Below, in pieces: positions 9,998 through 25,825 of a stretch of DNA of 64,000 nucleotides; position 1 is the first letter of the stretch; each line of letters opens with the position of its first letter. The notes under the pieces are model-generated. The model made no database searches. It was not told the DNA's origin and saw only the letters and a list, made by a program, of their open reading frames with translations. The stretch is from an uncultured Spirochaetota bacterium (lineage in GTDB: Bacteria; Spirochaetota; Spirochaetia; SZUA-6; Fen-1364): contig CAVTHO010000004.1 in assembly GCA_963734545.1 (NCBI GenBank), forward strand, positions 128,001 through 192,000, in the 5' to 3' direction. A program made the position numbers and the translations under genes.

Positions 9998-10462
9998 ATG
10001 AAGAATTTATCGCTCAGTATCCTGAGAGTGAGTCTGCTCCTGATTCTGCTCGGCTTCTTCATTCCAATCGGCTGCGATTCCAGCGGATACCAGATTGCGC
10101 AGGGCATGCTGGGAAACACAAAACAGGCAGGGAATGCCATCTTTCTGGAATCAATAGAAAACCTTTACGGGTATCTTCTGTTTGGAGTGTTTGTATTTGC
10201 CTTGTTGGGGCTTTTGTTCACTTTCACAGGCAAGGCAAAGAACAACTTTCTACCAGGGTCCGCAGGATTTGCCCTCAGCCTTCTCATGCTCATCATAGTC
10301 GTGCTGAGAATAAAATCCTTTCGAGATTCAGGGCTCCTGCATCTCGTACTCACAATCATCCCCATCAAGGTGAAACTTCTGATCGGGGGCTATTCCATGG
10401 CAGCGGGATATCTGGCAGGCGTGATTGGATTGCTGTTGAAGCTTCTGAAGATCTCAAAATGA
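9998..10462 (+). CDS. Hypothetical integral membrane protein
   Basis: GGAGG RBS before ATG 9998; four hydrophobic segments. Confidence 0.7.
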   Translation: MKNLSLSILRVSLLLILLGFFIPIGCDSSGYQIAQGMLGNTKQAGNAIFLESIENLYGYLLFGVFVFALLGLLFTFTGKAKNNFLPGSAGFALSLLMLIIVVLRIKSFRDSGLLHLVLTIIPIKVKLLIGGYSMAAGYLAGVIGLLLKLLKISK

Positions 10463-10535
10463 CAGCGTGACGGACGGTCACTGACTGCAAACTAGGCTAT
10501 ACTACCACGGTGATTTGCCAGAAGACTGGAACTAG

Positions 10536-13500
10536 ATGAAGGCCGGAATTCTCACGGCTTACTTCGTGAGACGTGATGAAGCGAGAGAAGCCCTCCGCGC
10601 GCTCGGGAAAAAGGGCTTCCGCCGCGCCGCACTGATCCACAAGACCGCCGACGGACACGTACACACCCTGGACCCCTTCCTTTGGCGCCGCGCATTTGTC
10701 ATGACCTTCCTGGCAGTATTGTTCGGGGGATTGGCGGGAGCAGCTTTTCTGCTTTTCCAATGGTCGTGGCCGGGCCTGGGCACGCCTCTTTCAATCGCGG
10801 CTTCGATCCCGGGGGCCGGATCTGTCGGAGTCCTCCTTGGCTGGGCCTGGATGCGGAGATCGAAGCTCGGAGTCGAGCGAAAGCTCCTTGCGGATCATTC
10901 GCGCTGGCTGGCAACAGAGGAGACCGTCCTGATTCTCCAGGCGCCCATCGATCTCATGCGGTTCCCGGTGGCCGTGCTGCGGCAGAGTCGGTGAGATACC
11001 TCCCGTGGTCTCCGTGTTGAATCCAAAGCGCCCGAGCTCTGATCGATGATCCGGGGACCCTCGAGGCGCCGCTTTCCCCGGCACAGATGCAGGAGCATGC
11101 CAGGCGCATGGCCGTGGAAAACAAGGTGGATCCCGCGCCGCATCGGAACGCCAGGCTCCTCGAGCGGCTGAGACAGGCCCGGGAGTGGATCCACGTGGTG
11201 TGCGCGGATCTGTCGGAGGCGGCTCTGCTGGAACAGCGCTCGACCCCCATCGCCGAGTGGATCCTCGACAATGAGTACATCATCGAGGGCAACGTCAGGG
11301 ACGTCCAGCAGAACCTCTCCCGGCGTTTCTACCAGGCGCTGCCCGTGCTGGAAAACAAGCCTTACCAGGAGCTGCCGCGCATCTACGCGCTGGCCAAGGA
11401 GCTCGTCTCCCATGCCGGCCTGCGCCTGGACAGGGAGAACATCACTGCCTTTGTGGAAGCGTATCAGTCCGTGCGCACGCTGACGATCGCCGAGCTGTGG
11501 GCAATCCCCCAGATGCTGCGCATCGCATTGATCGAGGGCATCCAGGATCTCGCGGCCCGGGGCCTCACCGAGCTGCGGGATCGCGAGACCGCGGATTTCT
11601 GGGCGAACAGGCTCATCACGGCCAACCGGAGAGACCCCAACCACCTGTTCTCCATCATGGCGGAGCTTGCGGAGAATCAGCCCAGCCCGAGCCCCTACTT
11701 TGCTTTTCAGCTCATCGATCACCTCTACGACGAGGAGGCGGCGCTGGTGCCGGTGCAGGGCTGGCTGGAGCGCATCTATCGCAAGCCTCTCGGCGAGCTG
11801 AACTCGCGCGAGCAGAACCGCCAGACCAAGGATCAGATCTCGATCAGCAACGCCTTCACCAGCCTGCGGCAGCTCGCCCTGCTGGACTGGAGGCAGATCT
11901 TCGAACATGTCAGCCGAGGTGGAACGGCTGCTGCGGCTGGATCCCTCCGGCATCTACGCCAGGATGGATTTCGCCACGCGTGATCGGTATCGCCGCGCGA
12001 TCGAGGAGATTGCCCGCAGGTCCGGTCAGGCCGAGGAGAAAGTCGCCCAGGGCGCCATCGACCTGGCCGCGCGAGCCGGCGCGCAAATCGACCGCGGACA
12101 AGCTGTGGATCCATGTCGGGACCTACCTGATCGGTGAGGAAAGACGCGAGCTTACCCGACTCATCGGCTGCAGGGATGCCCTGTACTTCCGCATGCTGAA
12201 TTGGGCATACCGCCATCACTCCGCGGTCTATTTCCTGGGGCTCAGCCTCTTCTCCGCGCTGTTCCTCGCCGCGGTCGTGCTGCTGGGACTGCGCGAGCAG
12301 ACGTGGGAAACCCGGATCCTCATATCCCTCCTTTCGCTGATTCCCGTCAGCCAGCTTGCCCTCGAGATCGTGAACTACCTGGTCACGCGGATCTTTCCGC
12401 CCCGCACCCTGGCCAAGATGGATTTCGAAGCATCGGGAATTCCCGACTCGTTTCGCACGCTGGTCGTCGTGCCCATGCTGCTCGACGGATTCCCGGACGA
12501 TCGTCGAAGGAGGTCGGACAAGCTCGAAATCCGGTATCTGGCCAACAGGGAGGACAACCTGCTTTTCGGCCTGTTCACGGATTACACGGATTCGGAATCA
12601 GCACATCGTGGACGAGGACGAAGCGCTGCTCCAGGCGGCTGTTTCCGGGCTGGAAACCCTCAATCAACGCCATGGCGGGCGAGCGCTTCTTCCTTTTTCA
12701 CAGGGAACGGACCTGGAGTGAATCCGAGCAGAACTACATCGGCTGGGAGCGCAAACGGGGAAAGCTCGAGGAGCTCAACCGCCTGATCGACGGAACGAGG
12801 CCGGAAAGCGCCGACCGTCTCGTGTACGTGGGCCGGGCGGAGCGCCTGGCGGATGTCCGTTTCGTCATCACCCTGGACAGCGACACGCAGCTTCCTTCCG
12901 GTACCGCGCGCAGGATGATCGAGACCCTCGCTCACCCGCTGAACCAGCCCCGCTTCGATGCGGAAGGCAGGATCCTTGCCGGCTCGTACACGATCATTCA
13001 GCCGCGCGTGACCCCTTCCCTGCCGAGCACGAGCGCCTCGCCGTTCAGCCGCCTCTTCTCGATCGTGGCGGGAATCGACCCCTACACGAGGGCGGTATCC
13101 GATGTCAACCAGGATCTCACCGGTGAAGGCTCCTATCACGGAAAAGGCATCTATGACGTGCACGCCTTCAGCCGGGTCCTTTCCGGACGGTTCCCCGAGC
13201 AGAGGCTCCTGAGTCATGACCTGATCGAAGGCGCTCATGTGCGCGTCGGCCTTGCCAGCGATATCGAGCTTCTCGACGAGTTTCCGCGGGACTACCTGAC
13301 GTACGCGAGGCGGCAGCATCGCTGGATCCGGGGAGATTGGCAGATCGCGGATTGGATCCTCCCCCGTGTCCCCCGGCCGGGAGGAAGACGAGCGCCCAAC
13401 CAGCTCTCCTGGTTCAATCGATGGAAGATCCTTGATAACCTGCGCCGGAGCCTGATTCCCGCGGCAAGCCTGGCCCTGCTCGCCGTGGCATGGCTGATCT

Positions 13501-16500
13501 CGTCCCGGATGGAATGGATCTGCGCCCTGATCGTGGTCGCGCAGTTGTTCTTCCAGAACCTGGCGCAGCCTCTCACCTCGGCCACCACCCGTCATGGGCT
13601 TTCGAGACTCTCCCTCTCGAAGCAGGCCCATGACCTGCTGCGGACCCTTGTCGAGGCTTCCCTGATTCCGCACCAGGCCTGGCTGGCCCTGGACGCAATT
13701 CTTCGGGTGTGGTTCCGACGGCTCATCTCGCACAGGCATCTGCTCGAATGGACGGCGGTCCAGGCTAAAGGGGTTCCGTGCCCTCGTCTCACCTGCCGGA
13801 CTTCCTTTTCTCCACGGTAATGATAAGCGTGCTCAGCGGAATCGCAGGCTGGGCCGTGTACCGCTGGGCGCCGGCGATCCTCGTGCTGGCAGGCCCCTGG
13901 CTCGGATTGTGGCTGCTTTCCCCCCTCATCGGATGGCTCTTGAACCTTCGGCCGCGCGCAAAGCCTGATCGTGTCCGGCTTCCCGCGCGGGACCTCGCGT
14001 ACGTGAGGAAAGTCGCCCGCAGGACCTGGCGCTATTTCTCGGACTTCGTGTCTGATGAGACCTCCTGGCTTCCGCCGGACAACTACCAGGTCTTTCACCA
14101 GGACCAGCTCGCAATGCGCACCAGTCCGACGAACATCGGGCTCTGGATGCTCGAGCGCGCTGGCCGCGCGGGATTTCGGATATCTGACGGGAGACCAGGT
14201 CGTGGAAACGCTGGGGCGTTCAATGGAGACCATCGCCGGGTTGGAGCGTCATGAGGGCCATCTCCTGAACTGGTACGACGTGCAGACCCTGAAGCCCCTG
14301 GAACCCCGCTACGTGTCCACCGTGGACAGCGGAAATCTGCTCGGCTCCCTGTGGTCCCTGGAGCATGGGCTCGAAGAGCTGATTCAAAGACCGGTCCTGG
14401 ATGGAAGTCTCTTTGATGGACTGCGGGACACGGTGGAGGTCTTCAAGGAGGAAGCGGGGAAGGAAGGCATGACATTCCGGGAAGCCGGGGTCCTCGACGA
14501 GCTCTTGCGGACAAGCCGCGGCCCGACGGTGGGAGCATCCGCCGCGCTCCAACTGCTGCGGCAGGTAGAAGGGAGCGCGGGAGCGCCGGCCGAAGGAGCG
14601 GGAGAAGCCGGCGAGGATGAAGAGGGCAGGGCTTATTGGGCAAGGCACGTGCAGAGCCAGATAGCGGCCTGGCTGAGCATTCGGAACAGGTACCTGACCT
14701 GGGTCGAGATCATCACTGAGAAAACAGAAGAAGAAATCGCCCTGTTGGGGGATGAAGCCCTCAATGCCATCCGCCAGGATCTGCAAGCATGCCCCCTCGC
14801 TGCACAACCTCGCAAAGGGTCTTGTCGGCTGTATCCCGATTCTGCAATCGATCCGCGAGCAACCCTCTTCCGCTGCACGCTCTCTGCACGAGTGGCTCGA
14901 TCGAATCATCGAGGCATTCGACAAGTCGAAATGGCTGGCCGGCGAAATGCTGGGCCTGGCGGAGCAGCTCATCCAGAATGTGCGGGCGCTGTCCGAATCC
15001 ATCAACATGCGCTTCCTGTATGACAACAAGCGCAAGCTGTTCGCCATCGGCTTCAACGTTTCCGACGGCCGGCTGGACAGCGCCTCTTTACGATCTCCTG
15101 GCCAGTGAGGCGCGGATCGGCAGCTACGTCTCCATCGCCCGCGGGGAAGTTCCCATGGAGCACTGGTTCTCCATGGGCCGGCCTTACAGTGCAATCGGCC
15201 GGCGCCGGGTGCTGCTGAGCTGGACCGGGACCATGTTCGAATACCTGATGCCGCTCCTCCTCCAGCGCTCCTACGGAGGCTCGCTCCTTGACAGGGCTGC
15301 CCGGGAGGCCGTGGCCGTCCACATCGCCTACGGCCGCAAGCTTCACGTGCCCTGGGGCATCTCGGAGTCCGCCTACACGGACCTGGATGTCAACAAGACC
15401 TATCAGTACAAGGCCTTTGGCGTACCGGAGCTGGGATTGAAGCGGGGCCAGGGCAAGGAGCTTGTCGTTGCCCCTTATGCCAGCCTCCTGGCAATCGCGC
15501 TCGCCCCGAAAAAGACCGTGCAGAACCTGAGGCGCCTGGATTCGCTGGGCCTTCTGAACGAGTACGGCTATTACGAAGCCATAGACTTCGGCCGTCAGGC
15601 GAGCCGGGAGGGCGAGCGCGGGGTGATCGTGAGAGCGTACCTGGCTCATCACCAGGGTATGGGTTTCCTTTCAATGACCAATTTCCTCCACGGCAATCCG
15701 ATCCAGCGCCATTTCCACGCCGACGCGCGCGTACGCGCAGTCGAGCCGCTGCTCCACGAGAGCGTTCCCGGTCCTTCCCTCGCTGTACCACATCTCCACG
15801 CGCCAGAGGGTGCCTTCGGCTGACGTCTTCGGTGAAATCGCGCCGTCGGTGAGCAGGTTCGATTCTCCCCATACAGGCAAACCGAAGACGCTCCTGCTCG
15901 GCAATGGCCGCTATTCCCTGATGGTCACGAACTCGGGCGGCGGATACAGCCAGTGGGGCGACTTCGAGATCACGCGCTGGCGCTCAGATCGCACGCGCGA
16001 TCCGTGGGGAAATTACTGCTACATCCACGAGGCGGATTCGGATCGGCTCTGGTCCACCACCTATCATCCCACCGATGGAAAAGTCGAGCCGTACACCGCC
16101 GGCCTCGCCCTGGACCGTGCCGTGTTCCGGCGCATCGACAGCGGCATCGAAGTGGAAACAGAAGTCGTCGTCTCCCCTGAAGACGACGTGGAGATCCGGC
16201 GGATCACTCTCATCAACAGGTCCATCCGCACCCGCCGGCTCGAGCTCACCAGCTACATCGAGCTCTCCATGGCCCCGCACAGGGCGGACCTGCAGCACCC
16301 GGCCTTCAACAAGCTGTTCATACGGACCGAGGCGGTGCCGGAGCATCACGCGCTCCTCGCGGACCGCCGGCCGCGCGGGCAAAGCGACCCTCCCATCTTT
16401 ATCGCCCATCGCTTCACCACTGACACGGCGGGAGACGAGGCGCTGCGGTTCGACACGGACCGGCGCTCGTTCATCGGCCGGGGAGGCACGCTGGAGAGCC

Positions 16501-19500
16501 CGGCGGGCGCCCGCTCGGAGCCGGGCGGAAACCAGGGGTTTGTGCTGGACCCGATTCTCAGTATCCGCCGGAGCCTTGCCCTGGGTCCCGGCGAGAACGT
16601 GCGGATATCTCTTGTCATGGCCGCGGGTGAATCGAGACAGCGGGTCCTGGACCTGATGGACAAGTACGGCGACCCTCCCGCAGTTGATCGGGCCATGGAG
16701 TTCGCATGGGCCACCGCCCAGCTCGAGCTTCGGCTGCTCCGCATCCAGCCTGACGAGGCCAGGCGTTTTCAGGAGCTGGCCAGTCACCTCCTGTTTCCCA
16801 ACCCGCTCCTGCGCCCTCCCGAGGAACGCATTGAAGAGAACCGCCTGGGACAGGCAGGGTTGTGGGCGCATGGAATATCGGGGGACGTGCCGATCATCCT
16901 GGTCACCATTGGAGAGTCGCGGGATATCAGCCTGGTGAAGCAGTTGCTCCAGGCGCATTCCTATTGGCGCATGCGCGGCTTGAAGGCGGACCTGGTGATC
17001 CTCAACGAGGAGGCGGGCGGCTACGAGAAGCCGCTTCGCGAGCAGCTCGAGGCGCTGGTCCGGGCGCACGCGGCGGGCGCGGCGGAACAGACCGGCAAGG
17101 CCTTCCTGCGCAGCACGGATCAGCTCCCCGAAGCCGACCTGTCCCTCCTCATGGCCGCGGCGCGCGTGGTGCTCGTGGCGGCGCGCGGCACCCTGCCCCA
17201 GCAGATGGGCGTGCGCGGCGGAGGTTCCCCGAGGCGCAGGAATTCCTGGCCAGGAGACGCGCGCCGCGGGATCCCTCGGCGCCGCTGCCCTTCATGGAGC
17301 TGCCCTACTTCAACGGCCTGGGCGGCTTCACCCCTGACGGCCGCGAATACGCGATCTACCTCGGTCCCGGCGCTCACACACCGGCACCCTGGGTGAACGT
17401 CATTGCCAACCCGACGTTCGGCACCCTGGTCAGTGAGACGGGGCCGGGCTTCACCTGGTACGGCAACAGCCAGCGCAACCGGCTGACGGAATGGTCCAAC
17501 GATCCGGTGACGGATCCTCCGTCCGAGGCCGTGTACATCCGGGACGAAGAGACCGGTGTCTACTGGACCACCACGCTCTCCCCGATCCGGGAGGAGTCCG
17601 CCTACCGGGCGCGGCACGGCGCGGGATACACGGTCTTCGAGCACAACAGTCACGGGATCGAGCAGGAGCTGACGGTCTTCGTGCCGGTGGATGAAGCAGG
17701 CGGTGAGCCGATCAAGCTTCAGAGGCTGCGGCTGAAGAACGACACTTCCCGCACGCGCAGTCTTTCCATCACGTACTTCGTGGAATGGACCCTGGGGGAG
17801 AACCGCGAATCCTCCCAGATGCACGTCATCACCTCGTGGGACGACGAAGCGCGCGCCCTGACTGGCGCGGAACTACTATCACCCCGAATATGGAAGCCGG
17901 GTGGCATTTGCGGCCATCAGCCCGGCTCCACGGTCTTTCGGCGGGGACCGCACCTCTTTCATCGGGCGGAACCATTCACTGGCCTCCCCCATGGCGATGG
18001 AGCGGACCGCGCTCTCCTCTCGGACAGGGGCGGGCCTGGACCCGTGCGCGGCACTGCAGACGATCGTGGAGATAGCTCCCGGTGGAAAGGCCGAGATCAC
18101 CTGCATGCTGGGCCAGGCAGGGTCTGTGGAAGAGATGCGCGAGCTCGTTCTCACCTACCGCCGCGCGGCGGCAGTGGAGGCCGCGCTCGAGCGGACAAAG
18201 GCGTGGTGGGACGACCTGCTGGGAACGGTCGAGGTGCGCACCCCCGAGCTCGCGGCGGATTTTCTCATCAACCGCTGGCTTCTCTACCAGAGCCTGAGCT
18301 GCCGCATCTGGGGAAGGTCCGCCACGTACCAGTCAGGGGGCGCGTTCGGCTTCCGGGACCAGCTCCAGGACGTAACCGCGATTCTCTACGCGCGTCCCGC
18401 GCTGGCGCGGGAGCACATCCTGCGCGCGGCAAGCCGGCAGTTCACGGAAGGCGACGTCCAGCACTGGTGGCACCTGCCGGGCGGAGCGGGAATCCGCTCG
18501 CGCATCACCGACGATCTGCTCTGGCTTCCCCACGTGGTTGCCCACTATGTCCGGATCACCGGCGACAAGGCCATCCTGAACGCGGAGGTCCCCTTCCTGA
18601 ATGCCCCGTCGCTCGAGCCCGGGCAGCACGAGGTCTTCTCCACGCCCGAGGTCTCCGCGGAGAAGGCGACGCTGTTCGATCACTGCCGGCGCGCGGTCTC
18701 CCGCGGCCTGACGGCCGGGCCCCATGGGCTGCCCCTGATCGGGACGGGTGACTGGAATGACGGCATGAATCTCGTAGGGGTCGGGGGCAGGGGTGAGAGC
18801 GTCTGGCTGGCCTGGTTCCTCGTGGATGTGCTTCGGGGCATGGTCGAGCTCTCCGATGCGCTGGGGCGTTCTGAATTGAGCCGAAGCTACGCGCAGGAGA
18901 GGAAGACGCTCATCAAGCGCATCGAGCAGGCTGCCTGGGATGGGGAATGGTATCTGCGGGCGTTCTTCGATGATGGAACCTCCCTCGGTTCCTCCGCGAA
19001 CGCTGAGGCGGAGATCGATTCCATTCCCCAGTCCTGGGCTTCCCTGAGCGGCAGCCGGTGACGCGGAGCGCGCGGAAAAGGCCATGGAATCCGCATGGAA
19101 TCACCTTGTTCGGGAAGAAGAGGGCCTGGTGCTGCTGTTCGAGCCGCCCTTTGACAGAATGGAGCCATCCCCTGGATACATCAAAGGCTATCCCCCGGGA
19201 GTGCGGGAGAACGGCGGCCAATACACGCACGCCGCGCTCTGGTTCGCCATGGCGCTGGCGCGCCGCGGGAACGGAGAGCGCGCGGCAAAGATTCTCCGCC
19301 TGCTCAATCCGATCGAGCACACGGGCAGTCCCGAGTCAGCGCTGCGCTACGGGGTCGAGCCCTACGTGATCTGCGGCTGACGTGTATCGACTGCCCGGGC
19401 AGAATCGGCCAGGGCGGCTGGTCGTGGTACACGGGATCATCAGCCTGGATGTACCGGGCCTGGGTGGAAGAAGTGCTCGGATTGAAGATACAGGGGAACC

Positions 19501-19724
19501 AGATGCGCGTGGATCCGGTCATACCTGGTTGGTGGAAAGGCTTCAGCATGCACTACCGACATGGTGACGCGACGTATGAGATCCAGGTGGAGAATCCGGA
19601 TGGACGGCAGCACGGCGTGTCCTGCGTGGAGATGGACGGCCGGCGCCTGCCGGACAAGCTGATCCTGATTGAACGGGCCTTTGTCAAACACCGGATTCTC
19701 GTGCGCATGGGGGACAGCGCATAG
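10536..19724 (+). CDS. ndvB: Cyclic beta-1,2-glucan synthase (Cgs/NdvB/ChvB: GT84 + glycoamylase-like cyclisation domain + GH94 phosphorylase), split by about 14 frameshifts
   Basis: Collinear fragments in alternating frames: EWILDNEY, ELWAIPQMLRIALIE, GWERKRGKLEELN, TLDSDT, SHDLIEG, RQHRWIRGDWQ, PPDNYQ, RTSPTNIG, YDLLASEAR, SWTGTMFEYLMP, WGISESAY, PAPWVNVIAN, YQSGGAFGFRDQLQD, GDWNDGMN, RENGGQYTHAA. Confidence 0.92.
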
Positions 19725-19727
19725 GCC

Positions 19728-20333
19728 ATGCGCACTGTTCGTCCTCCTGCGCCAACAGAGAGCGCCATCGTGGTCGAGCTGGTCCTCCAATCGGACTGTG
19801 GAATGCTCCCCGCCTTGTTCGGAGACGACGTGAAGGCCCTCATCCGTCATTTGCAGACCCTGTCTTCAAATCCCTACTCCGCTGAGAACACCCTCGTGAT
19901 CATCGACGAGCCGCGATCACCGGCAGTCGTGGGAGCGCTGGTCGGCTCCCTTGCACGGGTCATCCGGCGGACGAATATGCGCACGGCAGCCCACCTCTTC
20001 AGATGGTACGGGCCGGCAGTCGTTGCTCGATTTCCCATGCTTGCCCGGGCGGGCAAGGCGCTGGAGGCTCTCGAGCCGGAAGACTACTACCTCTCCCACA
20101 TTGCCGTCCTGCCTGAGCATCGCGGAAAAGGATTTGGACGAGAGCTCCTCATGGCAGGAGAAAAACAGGCCCGTCAGCAGGGAGCGCGCCGGCTCATCCT
20201 GGACGTGGAAGAGCACAACGAGGCTGCTCGTTCCTTCTACACCCGGCTGGAATACCACGCGGCATCGGTCATCCGCATCGACCTTGCAAGGCGCGGCGTG
20301 TTCTCCTTCAGACGACTACTCAAGATCCTGTGA
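19728..20333 (+). CDS. GNAT family N-acetyltransferase
   Basis: YLSHIAVLPEHRGKGFGRELL motif A; NEAARSFYTRLEY motif B. Confidence 0.9.
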   Translation: MRTVRPPAPTESAIVVELVLQSDCGMLPALFGDDVKALIRHLQTLSSNPYSAENTLVIIDEPRSPAVVGALVGSLARVIRRTNMRTAAHLFRWYGPAVVARFPMLARAGKALEALEPEDYYLSHIAVLPEHRGKGFGRELLMAGEKQARQQGARRLILDVEEHNEAARSFYTRLEYHAASVIRIDLARRGVFSFRRLLKIL

Positions 20334-21257
20334 CCCCTCGGGTGGACGGGAGGCTTTCGACTGCGCAAGCCCGGCCGCCAGCTCCTCTCCCGTGAACCGG
20401 GCAAGGAGCACGGCGCCCAGGAGGATGCCCGCGTAGCCGAGTGCCGCGAGCACGCGCAGCCGCGGGTCCCCTGCCAGGCCTTCCCCGAGTGCGGCGATTC
20501 CGATGAATATCGCGGCCAGGCGCGCGCACAGGTCCGACACCGCGGTGACGAGAATGGCGCGGCCGTGCTGGTAGGCACGGGACAGGAGGAGAAAGCCCGA
20601 CACGTAGAAAGCGATCAGTCCCACGCCGGCGGCCACCGCGGGAAAGCCGAATCCGTGCCGTTGAAGCAATCCTATCAGGACCTTGGTTGCCACATCTCCG
20701 AGCCCCAGCAGGGTGCCTGCCATGATGGCAAAGACGATCACCCACGGCAGGCGGATACGCAGCAAGCCGGGGACCGCATAGGCCGCCGCGCACGCCAGCA
20801 GGCACGCGGCGATTGCCGGTACCAGGCGCGCAAGGGAAAGCTCGCCCGGGGCCCGTACCGAAGAGCTGTTTGCTATTCCCAGCACCACGATCCCGGAGGT
20901 CACCAGGACAACGCCGAGCCATTCCCGCGCGGAGAGCCTGTGCCGAAGGAAGATCAGGGAAAAGACGGCAAGGATCACGAATCCCGATCCCTGGATTGCC
21001 CGGGCCACTGACACGGGCGTATAGGCCAGGGCGAAGGCGAAGAGTCCCCAACCGATTGCGGACGCGGCAAGACCCGCCATCCAGCGCCCGGACTTCAGGA
21101 GGGCAAGAAGCGACGCCGAAGTTGAACGGCCGAAACTGATGCGCGGGGCCCGGTCCACGGCCTGCTTCTGCAGAACGATGCCTGCATCCCACAGGAGCGC
21201 GCACAGGCTTATGAGGATGAGGGCAGTCCAGATCGACATGCTGTTCGCTCGCGACAT
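20316..21257 (-). CDS. DMT/EamA-like membrane transporter
   Basis: About 9-10 TM helices; GIVLQKQA, ALAYTPVSV, REWLGVVLV typical of DMT family proteins. Confidence 0.75.
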   Translation of the reverse strand: MSRANSMSIWTALILISLCALLWDAGIVLQKQAVDRAPRISFGRSTSASLLALLKSGRWMAGLAASAIGWGLFAFALAYTPVSVARAIQGSGFVILAVFSLIFLRHRLSAREWLGVVLVTSGIVVLGIANSSSVRAPGELSLARLVPAIAACLLACAAAYAVPGLLRIRLPWVIVFAIMAGTLLGLGDVATKVLIGLLQRHGFGFPAVAAGVGLIAFYVSGFLLLSRAYQHGRAILVTAVSDLCARLAAIFIGIAALGEGLAGDPRLRVLAALGYAGILLGAVLLARFTGEELAAGLAQSKASRPPEGSQDLE

Positions 21258-21275
21258 ACAATACTCGCCGCTGCC

Positions 21276-22202
21276 ATGGGGAACAAGAACTCGCTTCCCG
21301 CCTATCTTTCCACGAGCTCATCGGGCTTGCTGTCACAGAAAGCCGATCTGCTCGACGCGCGCTCCTCCCCCTGCCTGCTGTGTCCGCATCACTGCAGGGC
21401 GCACCGGCGCGACGGGGAACAGGGAAGGTGCCGGCTGGGCGCCGAGACGCTCGTCGCGAACGCCGCGCCCCACTTCGGAGAAGAACCTCCCCTTGTCGGG
21501 CAGGGCGGCTCGGGAACGATCTTCTTCGCCTCCTGCAACCTGGCCTGCGTGTTCTGCCAGAACTACGAGATCAGCCACTTTTCCAGAGGGGACGCGATGA
21601 GCGCCGAGGAGCTCGCCGCTCTGATGCTCCGGCTTCAAGGGCTTGGGTGCCACAACATCAACCTCGTGACTCCCACGCACGTCGTGCATGCCATCGTGCG
21701 GGCGCTGGCAATCGCCGCATCAAGAGGGCTGCGCATTCCGCTTGTGTACAACTGCGGCGGCTACGAGTCCGTGGAGACTCTCCGGCTGCTGGACGGAGTC
21801 ATCGACATCTACATGCCTGACATAAAGTATTCCTCGGATGACGAGGCTTTGCGCTACTCTGGCGTCAAGGACTACTGGCAGCGGGCAAAGGAAGCGATGC
21901 GTGAAATGCACCGGCAGGTGGGTGATCTGGAGATCGACTCGCGGGGAGTGGCGCGGCGCGGCCTGCTTATTCGCCACCTCGTGATGCCGGGAGACCTGGC
22001 GGGGACGGATCGGGTTGTCCAGTTCATTGCATCAGAGATTTCCCGGGACAGCTACGTCAACGTGATGGATCAGTACCACCCCTGCTTCAAAGCCGCCCGG
22101 ATTCCAGAGCTCTCTCGGCCGGTGACACGCTCTGAATATCTTCAGGCCGTCACGGAGGCACGGCGCGCCGGATTGTCACGGGGGCTTCCGACCTGGCCGT
22201 AG
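21276..22202 (+). CDS. Radical SAM protein, PflX-like (putative PFL-activating enzyme family)
   Basis: CLLCPHHC, HFGEEPPLVG..GSGTIFF, CNLACVFCQNYEIS, HNINLVTPTH, DIYMPDIKY, RHLVMPG. Confidence 0.9.
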   Translation: MGNKNSLPAYLSTSSSGLLSQKADLLDARSSPCLLCPHHCRAHRRDGEQGRCRLGAETLVANAAPHFGEEPPLVGQGGSGTIFFASCNLACVFCQNYEISHFSRGDAMSAEELAALMLRLQGLGCHNINLVTPTHVVHAIVRALAIAASRGLRIPLVYNCGGYESVETLRLLDGVIDIYMPDIKYSSDDEALRYSGVKDYWQRAKEAMREMHRQVGDLEIDSRGVARRGLLIRHLVMPGDLAGTDRVVQFIASEISRDSYVNVMDQYHPCFKAARIPELSRPVTRSEYLQAVTEARRAGLSRGLPTWP

Positions 22203-22273
22203 AGAGGGCGGCGTGGCCGAAGGCGGCGTCCGCCGGCCGCAAGGTTGCGCCTGCGGCCTGCAGAGGGCCCGTC

Positions 22274-25202
<2,929 letters not shown>

Positions 25203-25272
25203 GAATTATATCACAGGACACGGAGGTCCACGACTGGCGCCTGTTTCAGTATTCTCGAAGCAAGGTCTTCAT

Positions 25273-25785
25273 ATGGCAAAGCTCAATTTCACGTCGGAAA
25301 TCAGGATCTACAAGGCAAACCCCTACATACACGTGAGCGCAGAGCAGGCGCTCCGTCTCAAGCCGGGATGGAAAAAGCCGCTTCCCGTCCTGGTGCAGAT
25401 CAACGGCAAGCCCGACACGCCATGGCGGATCAACATGATGCCTGTCGGAGACGGCAGCTTCTACCTGTACCTCCATGGCAATGTCCGCAAAGCCTCACGG
25501 ACAAAAGTGGGAGACAAGGTAAAAGTGACCGTGACTTTCGATGCGGAATACCGCAGCGGTCCCATGGACAAGATGCCCGCATGGTTCAGCTCTGCCCTGA
25601 AGAAGAACGCAACCGCCAGGGGGAATTGGGAGCTGCTCATACCCAGTCGTCAGAAGGAAATTCTTCGGTATCTCTCCGCCTTGAAATCATGGGAAGCAAT
25701 AGAACGAAACCTCAAACGAGCTCTGCACGTGCTTTCGGGAAAACCGGAGAGATTCATGGCCCGGTCATGGGACAACGGAAAGTGA
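25273..25785 (+). CDS. DUF1905 / YdeI-OmpD-associated family protein
   Basis: LPVLVQING..WRINMMPVGDGSFYLYL..VGDKVKV (DUF1905-like) followed by ALKKN..WELLIPSRQKEILRYL (OmdA-like). Confidence 0.75.
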   Translation: MAKLNFTSEIRIYKANPYIHVSAEQALRLKPGWKKPLPVLVQINGKPDTPWRINMMPVGDGSFYLYLHGNVRKASRTKVGDKVKVTVTFDAEYRSGPMDKMPAWFSSALKKNATARGNWELLIPSRQKEILRYLSALKSWEAIERNLKRALHVLSGKPERFMARSWDNGK

Positions 25786-25825
25786 ACGCCCTGCTTTGTT
25801 TCCGGGGCCTCGCGCGAGCCGGCCC

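Noticed and set aside
10536-19724. A cluster of many separate small genes
   Set aside because: The fragments carry consecutive motifs of one known multidomain enzyme and switch frame without intergenic gaps.
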